Shown here: one piece after another, positions 1 through 13,611 of the stretch
Layout of the letters: each line of letters starts with the position of its first letter
Position numbering within the stretch: position 1 is the first letter of the stretch
Assembly: GCF_018977255.1 (NCBI RefSeq)
Contig: NW_024704758.1
Location: 9,238,001 to 9,302,000 of the forward strand
Direction of reading: 5' to 3'
DNA: 64,000 nt
Origin: Callorhinchus milii
Taxonomy: Eukaryota
Translations under genes and position numbers: made by a program
The notes under the pieces: generated by a model
The model's database searches: none
What the model was told of the DNA's origin: nothing
The model's input: only the letters and a program-made list of their open reading frames with translations

Positions 1-174
1 ACTTCATTTTGTGCTGTGAAATATTTGATTTTTGTCTGGGTTTTCTTCATGTTCGGTTATAATTTTTGTTCAAAGCGCGCCTCAGCCCAAACCACTCTGT
101 GCCACCATGGTCTGCAAATTTTGTAATTTCTTTTTATCGGACAATGTACATTTTAAAGAGGAGTGTGCAAGGCA

Positions 175-315
175 GTTCAACATGCGGCTGATGCCTACCT
201 CGAGGTGACATGGAATCAGAGGAGGCAGCAAAAGCTTACGCAGAGCTCATTAGGGTGTGTACCTTGGGCAGATCACTGGCAAATGAAGTTCAATACAGAT
301 AAATGGAAGATTCAA
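175..315 (+). mobile_element. CR1-type LINE reverse transcriptase relic
   Basis: Translates (with frameshift) to HAADAYL..GDMESEEAAK..ELIRVCT-WADHWQMKFNTDKWKI, matching the CR1 RT pattern FADDTKL..SEED..LQ.DL.RL..WA..WQM.FN..KC. Confidence 0.65.
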
Positions 316-396
316 ACAGATGTTTTTCATAAATGGGCTAAAACTTCAGTTTAGCCTTTTCAGTTTACAACCACCCCAATGCCTTGGGAACCCAGT

Positions 397-738
397 CAAC
401 AACAACAACAAAATTGCATTTATAGAGCGCCTTTCACGTCGGGAGGACGTCCCAAGGTGCTGGACAGTTGGGTCGGGACCTGAGCAGGGGGGAAATGGTC
501 AGGGTGAGGGGAGGGAAGGGAGTGAGCGAGGAGGGGGTAGAGAGTCGAGAGGGGAGCTGAAGGCACGGGCGAAGAGAAAGGTCTTGAGACCGGCCTTGAA
601 GGAGGAAAGGGAGGAAGTGGCGAAGGCATTGGGGGATGGAGTTCCAGAGCCTCGGGGCTGAGAGGCTGAAGGCCACCGATGGTAGGGCGGTTGGGGCGGG
701 GGATGTGGAGCAGACCGGAGCCAGAGGAACGGAGGGTA
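397..738 (-). mobile_element. L2 LINE 3' fragment (ORF2 C-terminus, 3'UTR, stem-loop, (TTG)n tail)
   Basis: Minus strand encodes LRSSGSGLLHIPR..TIGG / AFSLSAPRLWNSIP / SLSSFKAGLKTFLF; ends in stem-loop and (TTG)n; nearly identical to 47878-48365. Confidence 0.92.
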
Positions 739-2384
739 CAACAGTGAAACAGTGAAAGGCGCCACATAAATATAAAGTGCATTGTGTAGCTTACTGAAGG
801 GAGGGCTGAAAGAGAACCTAGATTGATTCATGTGAGGCAGTAATATTAAACATCTTGACTGACTCTCAATTGCATGGATGGTTGGAAGCCACACACATAT
901 ATATATATATAAAAAAACTTATTCGCTTACAGTGTCAGATTTTATTCAATAACTGCTAGTTTTCATAAATTGCACTCTGACATTGGAGCGCTGTGTGTAG
1001 TGTTTGTGGATACTCTACTGTAATGAACGTCATAGTTTGTTTCATTAGCCAGTGCAATTGGGAATGCAATAAGTGGAGGGTATTCTTACAGTGGCAGCTG
1101 TGGTTGTGGCGGGTGAGGCATTTATGAGTTTGTCTAACCAAGGTATCTTGTTACCATGGTAATGAATGGGTCCTTCGCACACGTGCAATGTCTTGGCCTC
1201 TCACCCAACTGGCCTTGCTTTGCTCCCACGCCAATTCTCACACCTGTCTCACCCGACTCTCTGAGCGCCTGCTCGCTGCGAGACATGGAAATTATAGGTG
1301 AGGCAGTGCCTGACTTGCCTCATCTGACGAGCCACCTTTGCATTCTTACCAGATGTTCATTAAAGTGAAAATCTCTGAATAATATCCTTGTGTTTGGCTA
1401 CTGGGTTATGGATCTGCTTCGTGCTAGTGGCTATCAATTAAATGTTTTTTGGAGCACACAGCAATGTCAAGGGATCAGTGCAGGTTTTAAATACATTATG
1501 TATGAGAACAGGAAGACGATTACAAGTAGAAAAGTGTCGTATTAAAGCTCAAAGACGATCTCTTTAACTCTCTGTCAGGTTTTACCTGGGAAGCTTCAGG
1601 GGAACAAATATTTCATGATGATTTGAAGCAAAGTATTGGTTTTGATCCTGGAATGCTGTGTGTGATTCACCAGCTCCAAATTCCAGCAAGGGCATTTGTT
1701 ACTCTTAATACAGCAATGTGTCATATTACGTTTTTAAAATATTTTTTTAAAAAAAAGTTAATCCTAAACAGAATTTTGCAAATCACCAATTTCCATAAAT
1801 ATCGTAACTCCTGGAAGTTTAAATTTCAAAGCGAGCTGTTTTGAATGCGATCCGTAAAATCATTTGAAATATTCTGCCCGACTGGAGTTAGTTGAATAAC
1901 CGTTTATAATCACTCATTCAATTACGTTTACTGAATGGCTCTATGGTTATTCTGTATAATGCGTGCTTGGGCTGCATCGATTGCAATTGGTTACATGCTA
2001 AACTCTGAGCCTCGCTGGTTTCATTCAAATGGTTTATAACTGGGAGAGGGTGGAATGTATTTAGGGGAGAGATGATATCAGGGAATAAAAACAAAATCTA
2101 CCATGTATTTTGAGAGGGCATTCAACAGGCTCAGATTAGCTGTGCAGTGTTTGACATGAGCAATAAGGATGATCAAAACTGGGTTTAATCTTTGCTCCTG
2201 TTCAAATATTCACGAACAAAAGCCGCAGTCACCACACTTCACTGTAAACCCGTGAAGCGCTTTGAGAAGTACTCTTGACATGCCAAGTGCTAAATCATTT
2301 CATTTTATTAAATATTATTGAGGGTGTGCTGTGTTTGTGGAATATGGCAGGTTTGTGTAGAATGTGATAGAACATGACGCTTGT

Positions 2385-2478
2385 GCAGAAGTAGGGAGTG
2401 TATTATCGTAAATGTCAGAAGTGGGGAGTGTGTTTCTGTAATTATCAGAAATGAGTATATTGTAATTATCAGATGGGT
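2385..2478. repeat. Degenerate minisatellite, 24-30 bp unit (cagaagt.gggagtgt...gtaa.t.t)
   Basis: Three imperfect tandem copies visible directly. Confidence 0.6.
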
Positions 2479-2921
2479 CACGCATATCTGGCAGTTTTAC
2501 GTTTTCCAGATTCTTGAAAGTTTAGTGTAATGCAAAGTTATCACCAGGGCTAATAAACCGTTAGCAAGTTGTGTGCAAGCAAAATTTAAATAGGTTTGAG
2601 AATATTATTGAAATGGGAACAACACAGGAGAAATCAGCGGTATATAACTGTATGACAGCATTGTGTACTCAGGAAGTGTACCAAAAGCCTTCAGAAGGCT
2701 CCCAGCGGGTACAGGACAGCATTCCACACAGCCTCTCTTGCAGCCTGATGGATGATATGGGCAGCATCGTAAGGGAATGGCCTATACTGGGTAATTTGGC
2801 TGTGTTTGTTCTCTAGTTTAGTTAAGGGGCCATCAAGCCGAGGCCTCTAGTTGAGTTCCTATTTTAGGCAAAGTGATGTTTCTCTCACTTCTCCCTTGCT
2901 CGGAGTCAAGCCCCCGGTGTC

Positions 2922-2980
2922 ATGAGGAGCTCTGAGATGTTATCCTACGTGAAGGGGCTATCAAAATGCAAGATGTTATT
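2922..2980 (+). mobile_element. Minimal L2 3' tail insertion (stem-loop plus tail)
   Basis: gagctctgagatgttatcctacgtgaaggggctatcaaaatgcaagatgttatt, flanked by tcatga/tcacga. Confidence 0.7.
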
Positions 2981-4659
2981 CACGAATTGTTTTTTTTTTA
3001 AAAATCACAAGAAAATTCGATCCTAATCAGAATTAGGGTGAAATGGATTCTTGATTCCTTGCCAAATGCTTTGAACATCCATCCTATATTCTGTCTGCTG
3101 TGCATATTTTCTTGCTTGGGATCTTTTACTAATGTGAGCCTTTGATAATGGTTTTAGAAGGAAGCTATTCACAACATTACAGCTTTATGCGTTTTCTACG
3201 GCATTCGCTGGGGTTGACGTATGTATGGCTACGGCAGCAGCAAATATTTTAACTATAGTACTTCAGGGAAACTGTGTGTGTGTGTATTTTGTTAAAAGAA
3301 TATTATTGCATGTTTTTTTGCTTTGTAAACGATTTCAACTTACAAAGCCATTTGCCCAATACAAGTAAAATATTTTGGGCATAGAAATTGTACTTACAGC
3401 TGCTAAATAGGAAATGTACCCCAATATGGTCGCAAAGAGCTGTGCCGAATAACACTTGAACTGAAATAAGGCAGATGCATAAAGAATGGAAATTATTCCA
3501 TGTTGTGCAGCATTCTCACTAAAATGTTGCATTGTAATGCAGACTTAGCGTGAATCGTAAGTAAAATCAAATGACTCCCAAAGCAGGAATGTAAGTAATT
3601 TATTGTAGTGGAATGGTTTATTTTTTCTTGCATTGTACTCGCTCAGCAGGCAATCTGGCCTTATACCAGGAACATATTTATTAGATCATTTTGTGTATAT
3701 GTGTACGTGTTTTTCTGTGAAGGAGCTCTCTCGTTCCATTGTGCTATCCTTCATCGGGACATTTCATCTGGAAGATTTACAGCAAGGCTGGCAAAAATCA
3801 GCAACTTCGCAGACAATCTGAACTGCTTTCCTGCAACATGTGAAGAGCTACGTTTAGAGGAATGCCATAGGCGTATATATGTTTACGTAAAAGGATAGGA
3901 TTGTCAACTCATGGGAACAAACTAATAAAGTACAATGCTTTTGATTCTGAAGCACAAGCAGTGAATGGCCTTGAATTGGCTGTGATTTGCTATGTCAATG
4001 GGGGCTCGGAAAGCAACAGTTATGCTGGGAGCTCTATACCAGACCCACCCGGAAGAGATAGGTTGTGCCTATATGAGTTGGCTGTCATCTGCCCTCAGAT
4101 GGAGAGTTTAACCACTCTGGAGGTTGGAAGCGTCAGTAAAGAGAATAACATCCCCTTTTGGTGACATTCATGGATTCCTAGGTAAAACAAATCAAGTTGA
4201 ACTAGACCGGTTCCCCGAGGAGCCCCATCTCTTTGTTCCAAGATGTCAATTTATTCCCACACATGGTTTGTGCTGCCTGAAGTCTCCTTTACAGCTCAGC
4301 AACTCGCCAGATGCATGCTTCTCATCAAGCCTCAGACAACCTCAGTCTGTTAAAGTGCTGGCTGCATTGTACTGCTTATAGGTTTGCACTGAGCAATTGG
4401 AAGAATTGTTCGATTCCATCATCATAAGACTAAGAGTGGCTCAAGCTGGCAATTTGCTTTGAAACTAAATGGGAGTCCAGACGCAGTGAGTGGATTGTCA
4501 TGATCAGAATGCAAAAGCTTCTCGTTCTATGTAGTTTTGATAAACTTTGTTACTAGAAGCAAAGTTCCTTCCTGTGGATAACTTTGCTGCTTTCTACATG
4601 GTTGGGAATACTGACCACTAATCACCAGGACAGTGGTTTAGCTGGGATCAAACTTTTAA

Positions 4660-4900
4660 AGAAGATATTTATAGTTGTTGCTAAATTTGTTTGCTATGTT
4701 TTTGGGGGGAACAAAGGATATATTCAAGGTGGGCAGAAGATGATATGAAATCAACAGGAAAAGAAGCAGGAAGACTTTGAGTGCCTGGAAGCAAAACTAA
4801 TTCGCCTGACTTCAGCAGGCGAAGATCACATAGGAGAGATGGATGAATATTAATATTAAAAACTGACACATAAAGAAAATCTCTTTGTAAAGGAACTAGA
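4660..4900 (+). mobile_element. Possible L1/Tx1-type ORF1p relic
   Basis: Fragments IFIVVAKFVCY and GKEAGRL*VPGSKTNSPDFSRRRSHRR resemble the L1 ORF1p C-terminal pattern (R.IIAKF..Y...A.E.G.L...G..I.F.PDFS......RR); A-rich sense strand. Confidence 0.35.
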
Positions 4901-5644
4901 CACAGAAAGTTCATGGGAATGGAGGAAACTGGAAGAGAATGGCAGGAAAACAAATGGAAACATTTCTCCTTTTTCAGCCTGCATTTTCAGGGAGAATTAA
5001 CACAATTTGTGAGAAAACATCAAGAATAACAGACATAATAAAGTCCAGAAGAATAGGATCTTTTTTGCTCAGTTCCCTGTGTTACACTCTGTGTGTGTAT
5101 ATCTGGCACCAATTTCAGATGCAGATTAAGTAATGGTTGAGGTTTCATTTCAGCCAATGCAGTTCTGTTAATTGGTGAACTAAATGATCAGTCTAACAGT
5201 TGTTTGATGACAAAGTACTAGGGTGCAGTTTCAGAATGTTAAACAGCAGCTTTCTATTTTGCCCTTCAACCGGCTTTTGGAGAAGATCAGGAGTGGGAGG
5301 ATTGTGTCAAAGCATCCTTCCTTTCGTGGGCTCAACGTACCATGTCTTAGTCTCACATAGAGGATTTCATACATCATTCGTTTTTCTCGGAATATTAAAA
5401 TTTGACGCTGGGAAAGAAGCTTATCACATTATTTTTGGAGCAGAATGTAAATATGATGCAGATCCTTTAGTGGTGCTTAATATAATCCTCAATTATCCTG
5501 CAGACTATAGATTCGCCTTGGCTACAAGTTTTGTTTTGGTTGGAATTATAAACTTCTAGATTGGCATACCTGTTAAAGTGAAAATATTTTATTGAAAAGC
5601 ATGACTGGATTCAAACCATCCAGAACAAAGGGTTAATTAATTCA

Positions 5645-5915
5645 AATAATAATTGCATTTGACGTAGTGCCTTATCGCGTTGTCAAAATGACTCCAAGTG
5701 CTTCGCAAGAGTCACTGTAAAGTGTAGCGACTGCATATTTGAAGGTGAACCCGTCAATCAATTTGCACACAGCTATGGCCCACAAGCAGCATGTAGTGAA
5801 TGACCAATTTCATCATTGTTTCATCAGTAGAAATTCCTTTCTCTTTTCGAGTAATTCCACACAATCTTTAACATCCACCTCAACAGGCAGACGGAGTCTC
5901 GGATTAATACCTCAC
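5645..5915 (-). mobile_element. Deu-domain SINE (SacSINE1/EshSINE-like), 3' half
   Basis: L2-type tail, atttgcacacagc..cccacaagcagc body and Deu-core motif tttaacatccacct..caggcagacgg...ctcgg. Confidence 0.75.
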
Positions 5916-7265
5916 GATTTTATTAACTCAAATGCCTTTCTAGTTTTGGGGATAGAGAAAGCGAGATACAGCAGAATAGGTTTCTACGATCCTTTTAATG
6001 TAATCTCTTCGACTACTGTCTTCCAAAAATAGTTTGATATGCTTGTATGACTCACTGAACCTACAAATTCAGCTGCGAGTTTGACCACGCTTTGCTTTAC
6101 AGACTTGGAATGCCTTGGATTTAAAATGTTCTAAACCTGCTTAGTCTTAACACGTCAGTTTTCTAGATGCTTGAAGGTTTGCCAGATTTCCAAGGGTCTT
6201 GGCCACCCTGTGGTGAAAACTCCACCATGAAAGCTGCAGAAAAATGGTCAACTCGCAGAAGAGATGGACTGAGTCCTGGAGAAACTGCACGGATACATTT
6301 GCCGTCTTCAGTAGAGATTGATGTAGATCAGGTCACATGCTGATGACTGTTTCACCTGAGTTGATACTCTTTTTGTACCTGTGCAATGACACATTTTTGC
6401 CAAGACCCAGGGCACTTACCAGATATGTAAACTGGGCTCTTTACAACTCGATCTACTGACAGAAATATCATTATTTATGTTGATCTTCTGTGCAGTGCAG
6501 AGCAGAATGAAAATGATTGACTGTTCACATAGTTCTGCTGAGTTCACTACAGCAGACACTTGTACAGTCCAGGCGTGTTTGAAGTGCAGAATACCATGTG
6601 CAGATGTCTGGCTGATTTCTGTTTATTTAGTCTGACACACGCCGATTAGGGAAATTTGTATGTAATACTCAAATGCTTTATTGACTGTTTGAAATGTCAT
6701 AAGAAGTGCCAAGTTGGCATGAATTATACTCTGTTCCGCACTGGTGAAGGTGACTCCAATGCATATATTCTGTAATTTTGCTACCATTCAGAATCCTCCT
6801 CTGCCTTCAAAACCCTCCCCACCACTACCACCAATCACCATGGGTATCAGTCAGCCTGAAGTGCACAAGTTCATTTCTCAAATCACTGCAGTTTTTTTTA
6901 CACTCTGCTGATCACCTTTACCCTGTGGCAGGAACATAAATCTAACTGGTTGAACATTCCCATCTGACTCACCATGTCTGAGGCACAGATGATTGGCCCT
7001 GTCGGTGATGTGGACATCTGCTGTAGGCTCCCCTCCACCGCTCCCTCAAACCCCACTCTATTAATGTGTAGATTGTATGGAATTCCAGGATTATCAGGAT
7101 TTATGGACGTGCACCAAAAGTGAATGGCTCATTTATACTTGGAAATCCTGATCTAGATAAGAGAGTTAGGGTTGGAGACTTATCACTCCAGGCGCTAGTT
7201 AAACGGGGCACTGGTTAACCGGGGTACTGGTTCAACAAGGGTTGCAACACTGGCTACATGTTTTC

Positions 7266-7789
7266 CAGTGCACTCCACTTGATTGCATACTCCACTTAAT
7301 TGCATAGCAATTTCTAGGTACTGAAAATTTGCTCTTTATTTGCGAATTTGCTATTTATTTATATGATCATATGCACTCTGCTCAAATGCACGTTGGATAA
7401 TTGCATAATTCGTTTTCTTGCATGAAAGACAGCCACTTGATTTTATTTGCATCTGTATAATTAGTTTGGATAGTTGCATTGGATAAGGAGTTGCCCATGT
7501 GACCATAATATTTGACTTGCAGTTATAACGACTTCTAAGAGGAGGTAGACTACACTTACTTTAGCTTACTACTTTAGTTGTCCCGAAGTAGTAAACATAT
7601 ACTGTTTTTTATAAATATATATAGTTATTTCAAGTACTCTGGGATGCTACCCTGCATGAGGGGTGCTATATAAATGCAAGTTATTTTTGTTGTGGTTATC
7701 TGTATTTGGGGTAATTGCCTACTCTGTACAATTGCATGGCATCTGTTCGTTTCCCGATTATACGGAGTGCAATTAAACGGAGTGCATCA
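7266..7789. mobile_element. Tc1/mariner (Tigger/pogo-like) non-autonomous element
   Basis: Left end cagtgcactccacttgattgca and right end tgcaattaaacggagtgca form imperfect TIRs, each with an internal repeat of the TIR core. Confidence 0.55.
7631..7693 (+). mobile_element. Minimal L2 3' tail insertion nested in the MITE
   Basis: aagtactctgggatgctaccctgcatgaggggtgctatataaatgcaag; agttattt repeated at 7623-7630 and 7679-7686. Confidence 0.75.
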
Positions 7790-7981
7790 TATTTCGATCT
7801 TCTCCTATCCAGTTTTCTGATGCTGACTCTGGACTGTGCCCTGTCCAGGCTTGTACATCAATAACAGTGGGTTGGACAAAGTTCCAGAAGACACCTAGCA
7901 CTCATGGAAAGCACCCTGTAGAAATGGATCAATGTGATCAGAAGAAATCTCCCTCTCATCCTCAAGATGTGTAGTTAATGA

Positions 7982-8165
7982 TTAATCCTTGCCTTTGATG
8001 TAGCAGCTTCCTACATCATTGAAATGTCTCAAGGCGTTTTACAAAGTTGTTCTACAGTGTAGTGACTGTATTTGTGTAGGTGCACGAGGCAGTGAATTTA
8101 TGCCCAGCAACATCTAACTAACTGCCAGAATGTGAATTAGCCCGGACACGGGGAGAAACTTGCAT
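7982..8165 (-). mobile_element. Old Deu-type SINE 3' fragment
   Basis: aatccttgc tail, gtgtagtgactgtatttgt body, ccggacacggggagaaact motif shared with other copies. Confidence 0.6.
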
Positions 8166-9809
8166 CTCTCAGCTAAATGTAAACCATCTATTACCATTCT
8201 GTCTTGTGTCCATTGTAATTAGTTTAAAAACTCCCAGTTGGTTATGGCATACTTTCCGATCCTATCCACTCTCGACTCTCTAAACGCATTTGAAACAACT
8301 TGGATTTCTTTTAGAATTAGTTTTTAATCGCTTGTTTTATTTTTGGTAGACGTTAACCTTGAAAAAACATTCCTATTTTCTCCTGGGCTTTTCCCCTTGA
8401 TTTAAATCTTCTCAATTTAATTTCTCCCAGTTTCCGTGCTGTACACTGTATCCAGTCCTCCGAATTCTAGTAAATTAATTTGACTGTTTTCAGATACTTA
8501 CTATTCAATGCAGAATTGGATAATTGATGGATATCTTGTAATATGCTCAAATAATTTGTTTGAATATCCGTTATGTTTCCTACCCCTGCTGTTATACATT
8601 TCCATCCAAATTAAGCAAAGCAACTTGTCCTCTGTGGGTACGTCCACCTTAATTAACTTTGAAATGCTTCCTGACTGACAGTATCCCAGTATTTCTGAAT
8701 GCTTTAAAAGTTTCTGCATGCAACTGGAGCTCATTTTGGAGTTTTAATTTGATCTCTGTTAAGCAGTTTCATGTTCGAATGTAATGATTTCTCCTGCTGC
8801 TAACATTATGTAAAAACATTCAATTCCCTCAGTTGAGTCATTAAATTCTCTCCTTCATTGCCCCCTCAATTATTAATTGTGTAAAGTTATTTTAATTCAA
8901 CCCTTTAGTCCTATATTAGTTTCGGGTAGTTTGAACTATATTTATTTTCCCCCAATAAGTTTTTTTTGTATCATTGTATACTCAATCCCGTTTACAGTGC
9001 ATGACTATTACAAGCTGACAATATCCTGAAGTGGTGTCAAATCTGTATCCCATGAAACACACAGTCACTGCACTTTATAGCAAATCCTGTGAAGCACTTT
9101 GAGACTTGAAAGACACTATAACAAACGCAAGGATTGTTAATCATTTCTCCGTGGGAATAGCATGAAAGATTCAGTTGAGCAAAGGAGACTGAATCATGCT
9201 ATCGCCTTCTCAGAAGAAAACTACAATTCTTGAAATAAATTAAAACTAGAACATCTGGATTTGTGTCTACTGTGGTTTTATTAGTGACAAGAAGTCCACT
9301 ATTTATTTGGAAATGTTACAGCATAGACTAGCATAGCTTAGCGTGCAGGGCATCGATAGCTGTTAGGACTCGACTTCCCAGGATTTTTTTCCCAAAATTG
9401 TTTTGGCACGGACGTTGACTGTGGGAACAGATGGAGCTGAGAAACCAGCAGATATTCACTGCGGAAGAATATCCATGCTCTGTTTGTAACTCTGTACAGC
9501 AATAAGTTGATGAAGCCCATAGGGGCAAGATTTTCATTCGTGCCAATACAAAGCTGCCTCTGGCCTTTTATACAAAAAAAATTCCAACTGACTGCTGATG
9601 AGCTGTTTTCTTCTTTGAGAAGATTATTGTTGTTTGATGCACAAGCTGTGACCATGACTACCAAAATAAGTCCACCTGAAATTACTTTACTTTACACCAG
9701 GCTAACACTTACACTTTGCTTGCAAACTTTTAACTAATTTTATTATTGCTGTAAGAATAAACGGTTCTGGATACCGCTCCAACCCCCCCCCCAAGAAAAA
9801 GTGCTACTA

Positions 9810-9870
9810 ACAATACAAATTTACATTTATGCAGCGCCTTTTATGTTGGGAGGATGTCTCAAAGCACTTA
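9810..9870 (-). mobile_element. Minimal L2 3' tail insertion
   Basis: catttatgcagcgccttttatgttgggaggatgtctcaaagcactt matches the L2 terminal stem-loop. Confidence 0.75.
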
Positions 9871-9952
9871 ACGGTCCTTGTTGGGTAAAGCCTGCAACTT
9901 CCAAATTGTCTACTGGATTCGCCTACAAAAAATGATTGGGCAGTATATCAAA

Positions 9953-9992
9953 TGGGCAAGTTTCCTTACTCCACACGTCTGATAATAATCTC
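9953..9992 (+). mobile_element. Isolated internal linker fragment of the young tRNA-SINE
   Basis: tgggcaagtttccttactccacacgtctgataataatc is almost identical to the linker of the 57485 SINE copy. Confidence 0.8.
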
Positions 9993-11639
9993 TCTTCAAC
10001 AGTGGGCAGATTCCACACTACAGGAAGAATAGTTCATATTTTATCTGGTTTCTTCGAACTATGCTTCCAGTTAATTTGCTCAGCACAATTCGAATGTGAC
10101 TGGATATCAAACTGGCCTGGAGAAATCTAGGCATTGATAGTTAAGCACTTGTAAAAGAGAAAAGAAAAATGAAGAGCCAAGGTGTACTATTTGTTCTTGT
10201 CTGCTCAATTATTTTATTAACAGAGGGGACATTTCCAGATGAATCCATTTGACAGAAATGATTTCCTTTGGGCATTTCTGGAGCCAATTCGACACGAGCG
10301 TTAGAAACCCACATACTTCTTTGTCAAGCCGATTTAAACAGAATGAGAAATTGGAGACAGGATTGCTGCTGAAATAAGGCAGCGTACTTAGAGTTTAAAT
10401 TTCACGGAATATTAAGGATAGAACTATGTGATACAACACAGGGCATAATAAATAGTTGAAACATTGTGCAGATTGCTTCCAATTTTCTTTTGAATGCTGT
10501 ATCTCAGTGCATGTAGATCTAATGTAAATTTTAGTCCACGGTTACACTCATTTTGTTCTGGGAGGGGGTGTGAGAGATAGAGGGAAAAGTGCTATTACAA
10601 GCGCAGATGAACCTTCCAAGCCACTCGGCCTTTATATCTTCCTGAGAGACATCACAAATGAACATGTTCTTTAGCCATCCAGGAGGCAATTGCTCTACTT
10701 CAGCTATAAATGCACAAAACTATATCTATTCTTAAATTGGCGATTTTTTTTCCTTCCTCTCCCCTCTGGTTCTTTTGCAATAAGAGATGTTTCAATACAT
10801 ATATAGACATCTTCAACCCTGGTCACTGCAACTCCCACTGCAAAACACAAAAGAGGATTAGGAAATGAGGACCAGCCTACGTAGAGGGATTGACCCACCC
10901 AATGTTTCCTCAAATGTTGGAGATGAAAAATCTTATGTTCATAATAAATAGACTGCATTAAGTTCTAAACATGGATTCCAGAGAGTCACAAAGTCTTGAG
11001 CTCCGTTTATCACTATGATGGTCTTTTTAGTTGTGTTTTAGGAAAGACATACTTGTAAACCTTGCTTTGTGACCTCTCCGGGATTAGCCAGCTCTCAATC
11101 TCCATTACTTTCTAGCTATGTATGAGCTAAAAAATGATTTGAATAATTATTAGCAACAGGAGCTATGCAAGTTTGGTTCTATTGCAGGCTTTCCTAATGG
11201 CCTAGGAGGGATCGTCAGCCTGTGCAAATCCCTACCTGTACCGGCATCAAAAGAAGCTGTTTCCAGGAGTCGGAAACAGTTTCAGTTAATGACTATCAAG
11301 TGACATGTAATGTCGAGTGAAGGATTACCTCATTAACAAATTCCCATGGTCCTGCCATTGACGCTTACATCTTAGCTAACTCTGAACCAACAAAATTGTC
11401 AGAGGGCAACTGGTAGGAAAGTGAATTATTTTTACTCTTCCTGCAAATGGCAATTTAAACTTCTCTTTGTTTGTTTTTTTCCCAGTCTGGAATATATGCT
11501 TGCAGCTGACTGCATTGCAGATCTCTGCAGACCACATAATGTTTATGATGATTTCTTTTTGCTCAGACTGTTAACCCATAGAGACACTCCTCTCTCCACT
11601 GTACCAGTTTGTAGATGAGTTGTATTTTAGAACAAACAT

Positions 11640-11935
11640 AATAACATAAGAATTGTTGGACAAAAGAACCAAGGTCCATCCAATTCGTCTTCCACCATCC
11701 TGGCAGTTGCATGCACATGTCATGTCCCAAACTATATATTGTATCCCACTATATTATTTCCTAAAATAAATCTATCTAATTTCCTTTTTCGACCCTAGGG
11801 AACCTGTTCCATACATTTACTACTTGCACACTGAACTAGTGTTTCCATAAATTTGATTTGAATTTACCCCCTTTCAATCACAGGCCGTGTCCTCTGGTTC
11901 TACTGTTCTGGACAAGATAAAACAGTTCATTATGG
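11640..11935 (-). mobile_element. CR1 LINE 3' end
   Basis: Minus strand LFYLVQNSRTRGHGL..KGGKFKSNLWKH..VVNVWN; tail ending in ttcttatgtt. Confidence 0.8.
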
Positions 11936-12669
11936 TCAACATTACTGGGTGGTAGTTTACAACATGATTTACAAGAAAAAAACCCCACACAGATCTTTGT
12001 AGAATGTATTCTCCATAATTGGGCTGAAGTAGACTTTAATACATCCAAATAAGTCATGTTAGTGTCAGACAATAGACAAAGCGACCTAGACTTGCTCTTT
12101 CTTCATCTACACTTTTTTCAGGTTAGAAATGCCAGGGCATGATTATTTGTGTAACCACTTAATAATAGTAAATGTACCTTCTATTGTTCAGTTAAATTAT
12201 AACCTGACTGTTGCACAATGATGAGTTCTCTTTTGTTCTTTTACTGGAGCAAACTTAGGAAAGATTTCATTGTTCAGAAAATAAGGCTTAAAAAAAAAAC
12301 CTGGAGGAGTTTATGGTGAGTTCATTGTTGTTGTGGGGGGTCTTTGTTGGGCTGAAAAGTGGAAATAAATGGAGGTTTTTGGAAGGGAATAAGGATGGGT
12401 ATTGCTTCACCCACTAAGTTATTGCCTTACCAATGGCCAAATCCACAGGGAAAAACGATGTGCTTGACCCAGATACATGGGAGATGCTCACATTACTGTC
12501 TACATTTTATTTTTTTTAAATATGGAATTCAAATGCTCTCCAAGTATTTATACAGAGAAATATTTATGTCTTTAATAGTTCTGAGAGTCGAAATAAAATG
12601 GCATGTATTTTTTTGTTGGGGGTTATATTGAATGAGCAGAACTGGGAATTTGGTTTTAAATAATTAAAA

Positions 12670-12728
12670 CTCTCTCTGTTTATGAATCTTTTACAGATCT
12701 GCAAATATTTTTTAAAAAGTTTTGCTGA
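12670..12728. repeat. About 60 bp direct repeat, copy 1
   Basis: ctgtttatgaatcttttacagatctgcaaatattttt.aaaaag.ttttgctga recurs at 13612-13672. Confidence 0.9.
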
Positions 12729-13611
12729 TTTTTTGGGGGAAGGGTTGGGTGGTGGTTGTACCAGACATCACATTTAAGATTACTTTCCACTACCATCATT
12801 AATCATTAATTACAAAACTCTGGGAGTATAAGCACAGTAACATCAGCAATCAAATCATTCCCAACTCCTCCTGTGTGTTTCGCTCAGATACAGTCCCTCC
12901 ATTTGTTATGAACCGTGGCAGACTAGCAAGAGAGCCCTCCAATTTAGGTCATGGAGGTGAGCTGGGAAAGAATGATTCGCACAGTACAATTTCCATTTAT
13001 ACAGTGCCTTTCACATCGGGAGGACATCCCAAAGTGCTCGACACTGCTGAGGAACTGAATAAATAGCTGCTGAAAATGATTTGATGTTCATAGGAATAAA
13101 GCTATCAACAGTGATTACAATCTTCGTCTCTGACAAGTTTCCACAGACCAGACTAAGTTTCTCTGAGTCTTATTCCTTCAGATGGTTCCACTGCCACCTC
13201 TTCACCTATTACTGCTGCCATATTCTCAACAAAATCCCCAGACTATACAGAATACCATATCAAGTCTGATCCTTGAGGAACCTTACAATTGCAAGGCTGC
13301 AGATAGTCGATTTTAGTATTTCCATTGCTTAGTCCATCTTGGCAGTTGAAAATAGCATGGATGAAACCATGTTCCAAATCAATCCCCAGGGTATGATTGA
13401 CTGGATCAATTCCGTGTCCTGTACCTCGTTCACCTTTTCCTTGATCCTATGTCTTTTCCTTACTGGTCCATGAAGAGCTGCAGTGCCCCATAATACTTCA
13501 TTAATGGATATGAATAAAAAGCTGGGAATAGGTAATTAATAATAAAGGAACCCGACATGATCGGCCAAATAGCTTTCTTCAGACATTTTCTTTTTTTGTG
13601 TTAAGGATTTA

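Noticed and set aside
4558-4588. 9 bp hairpin agcaaagtt/aactttgct
   Set aside because: Expected by chance in 64 kb; no supporting context.
8200-8990. Possible L1 ORF2 relic on the minus strand (strong strand bias)
   Set aside because: I could not recover a convincing motif.
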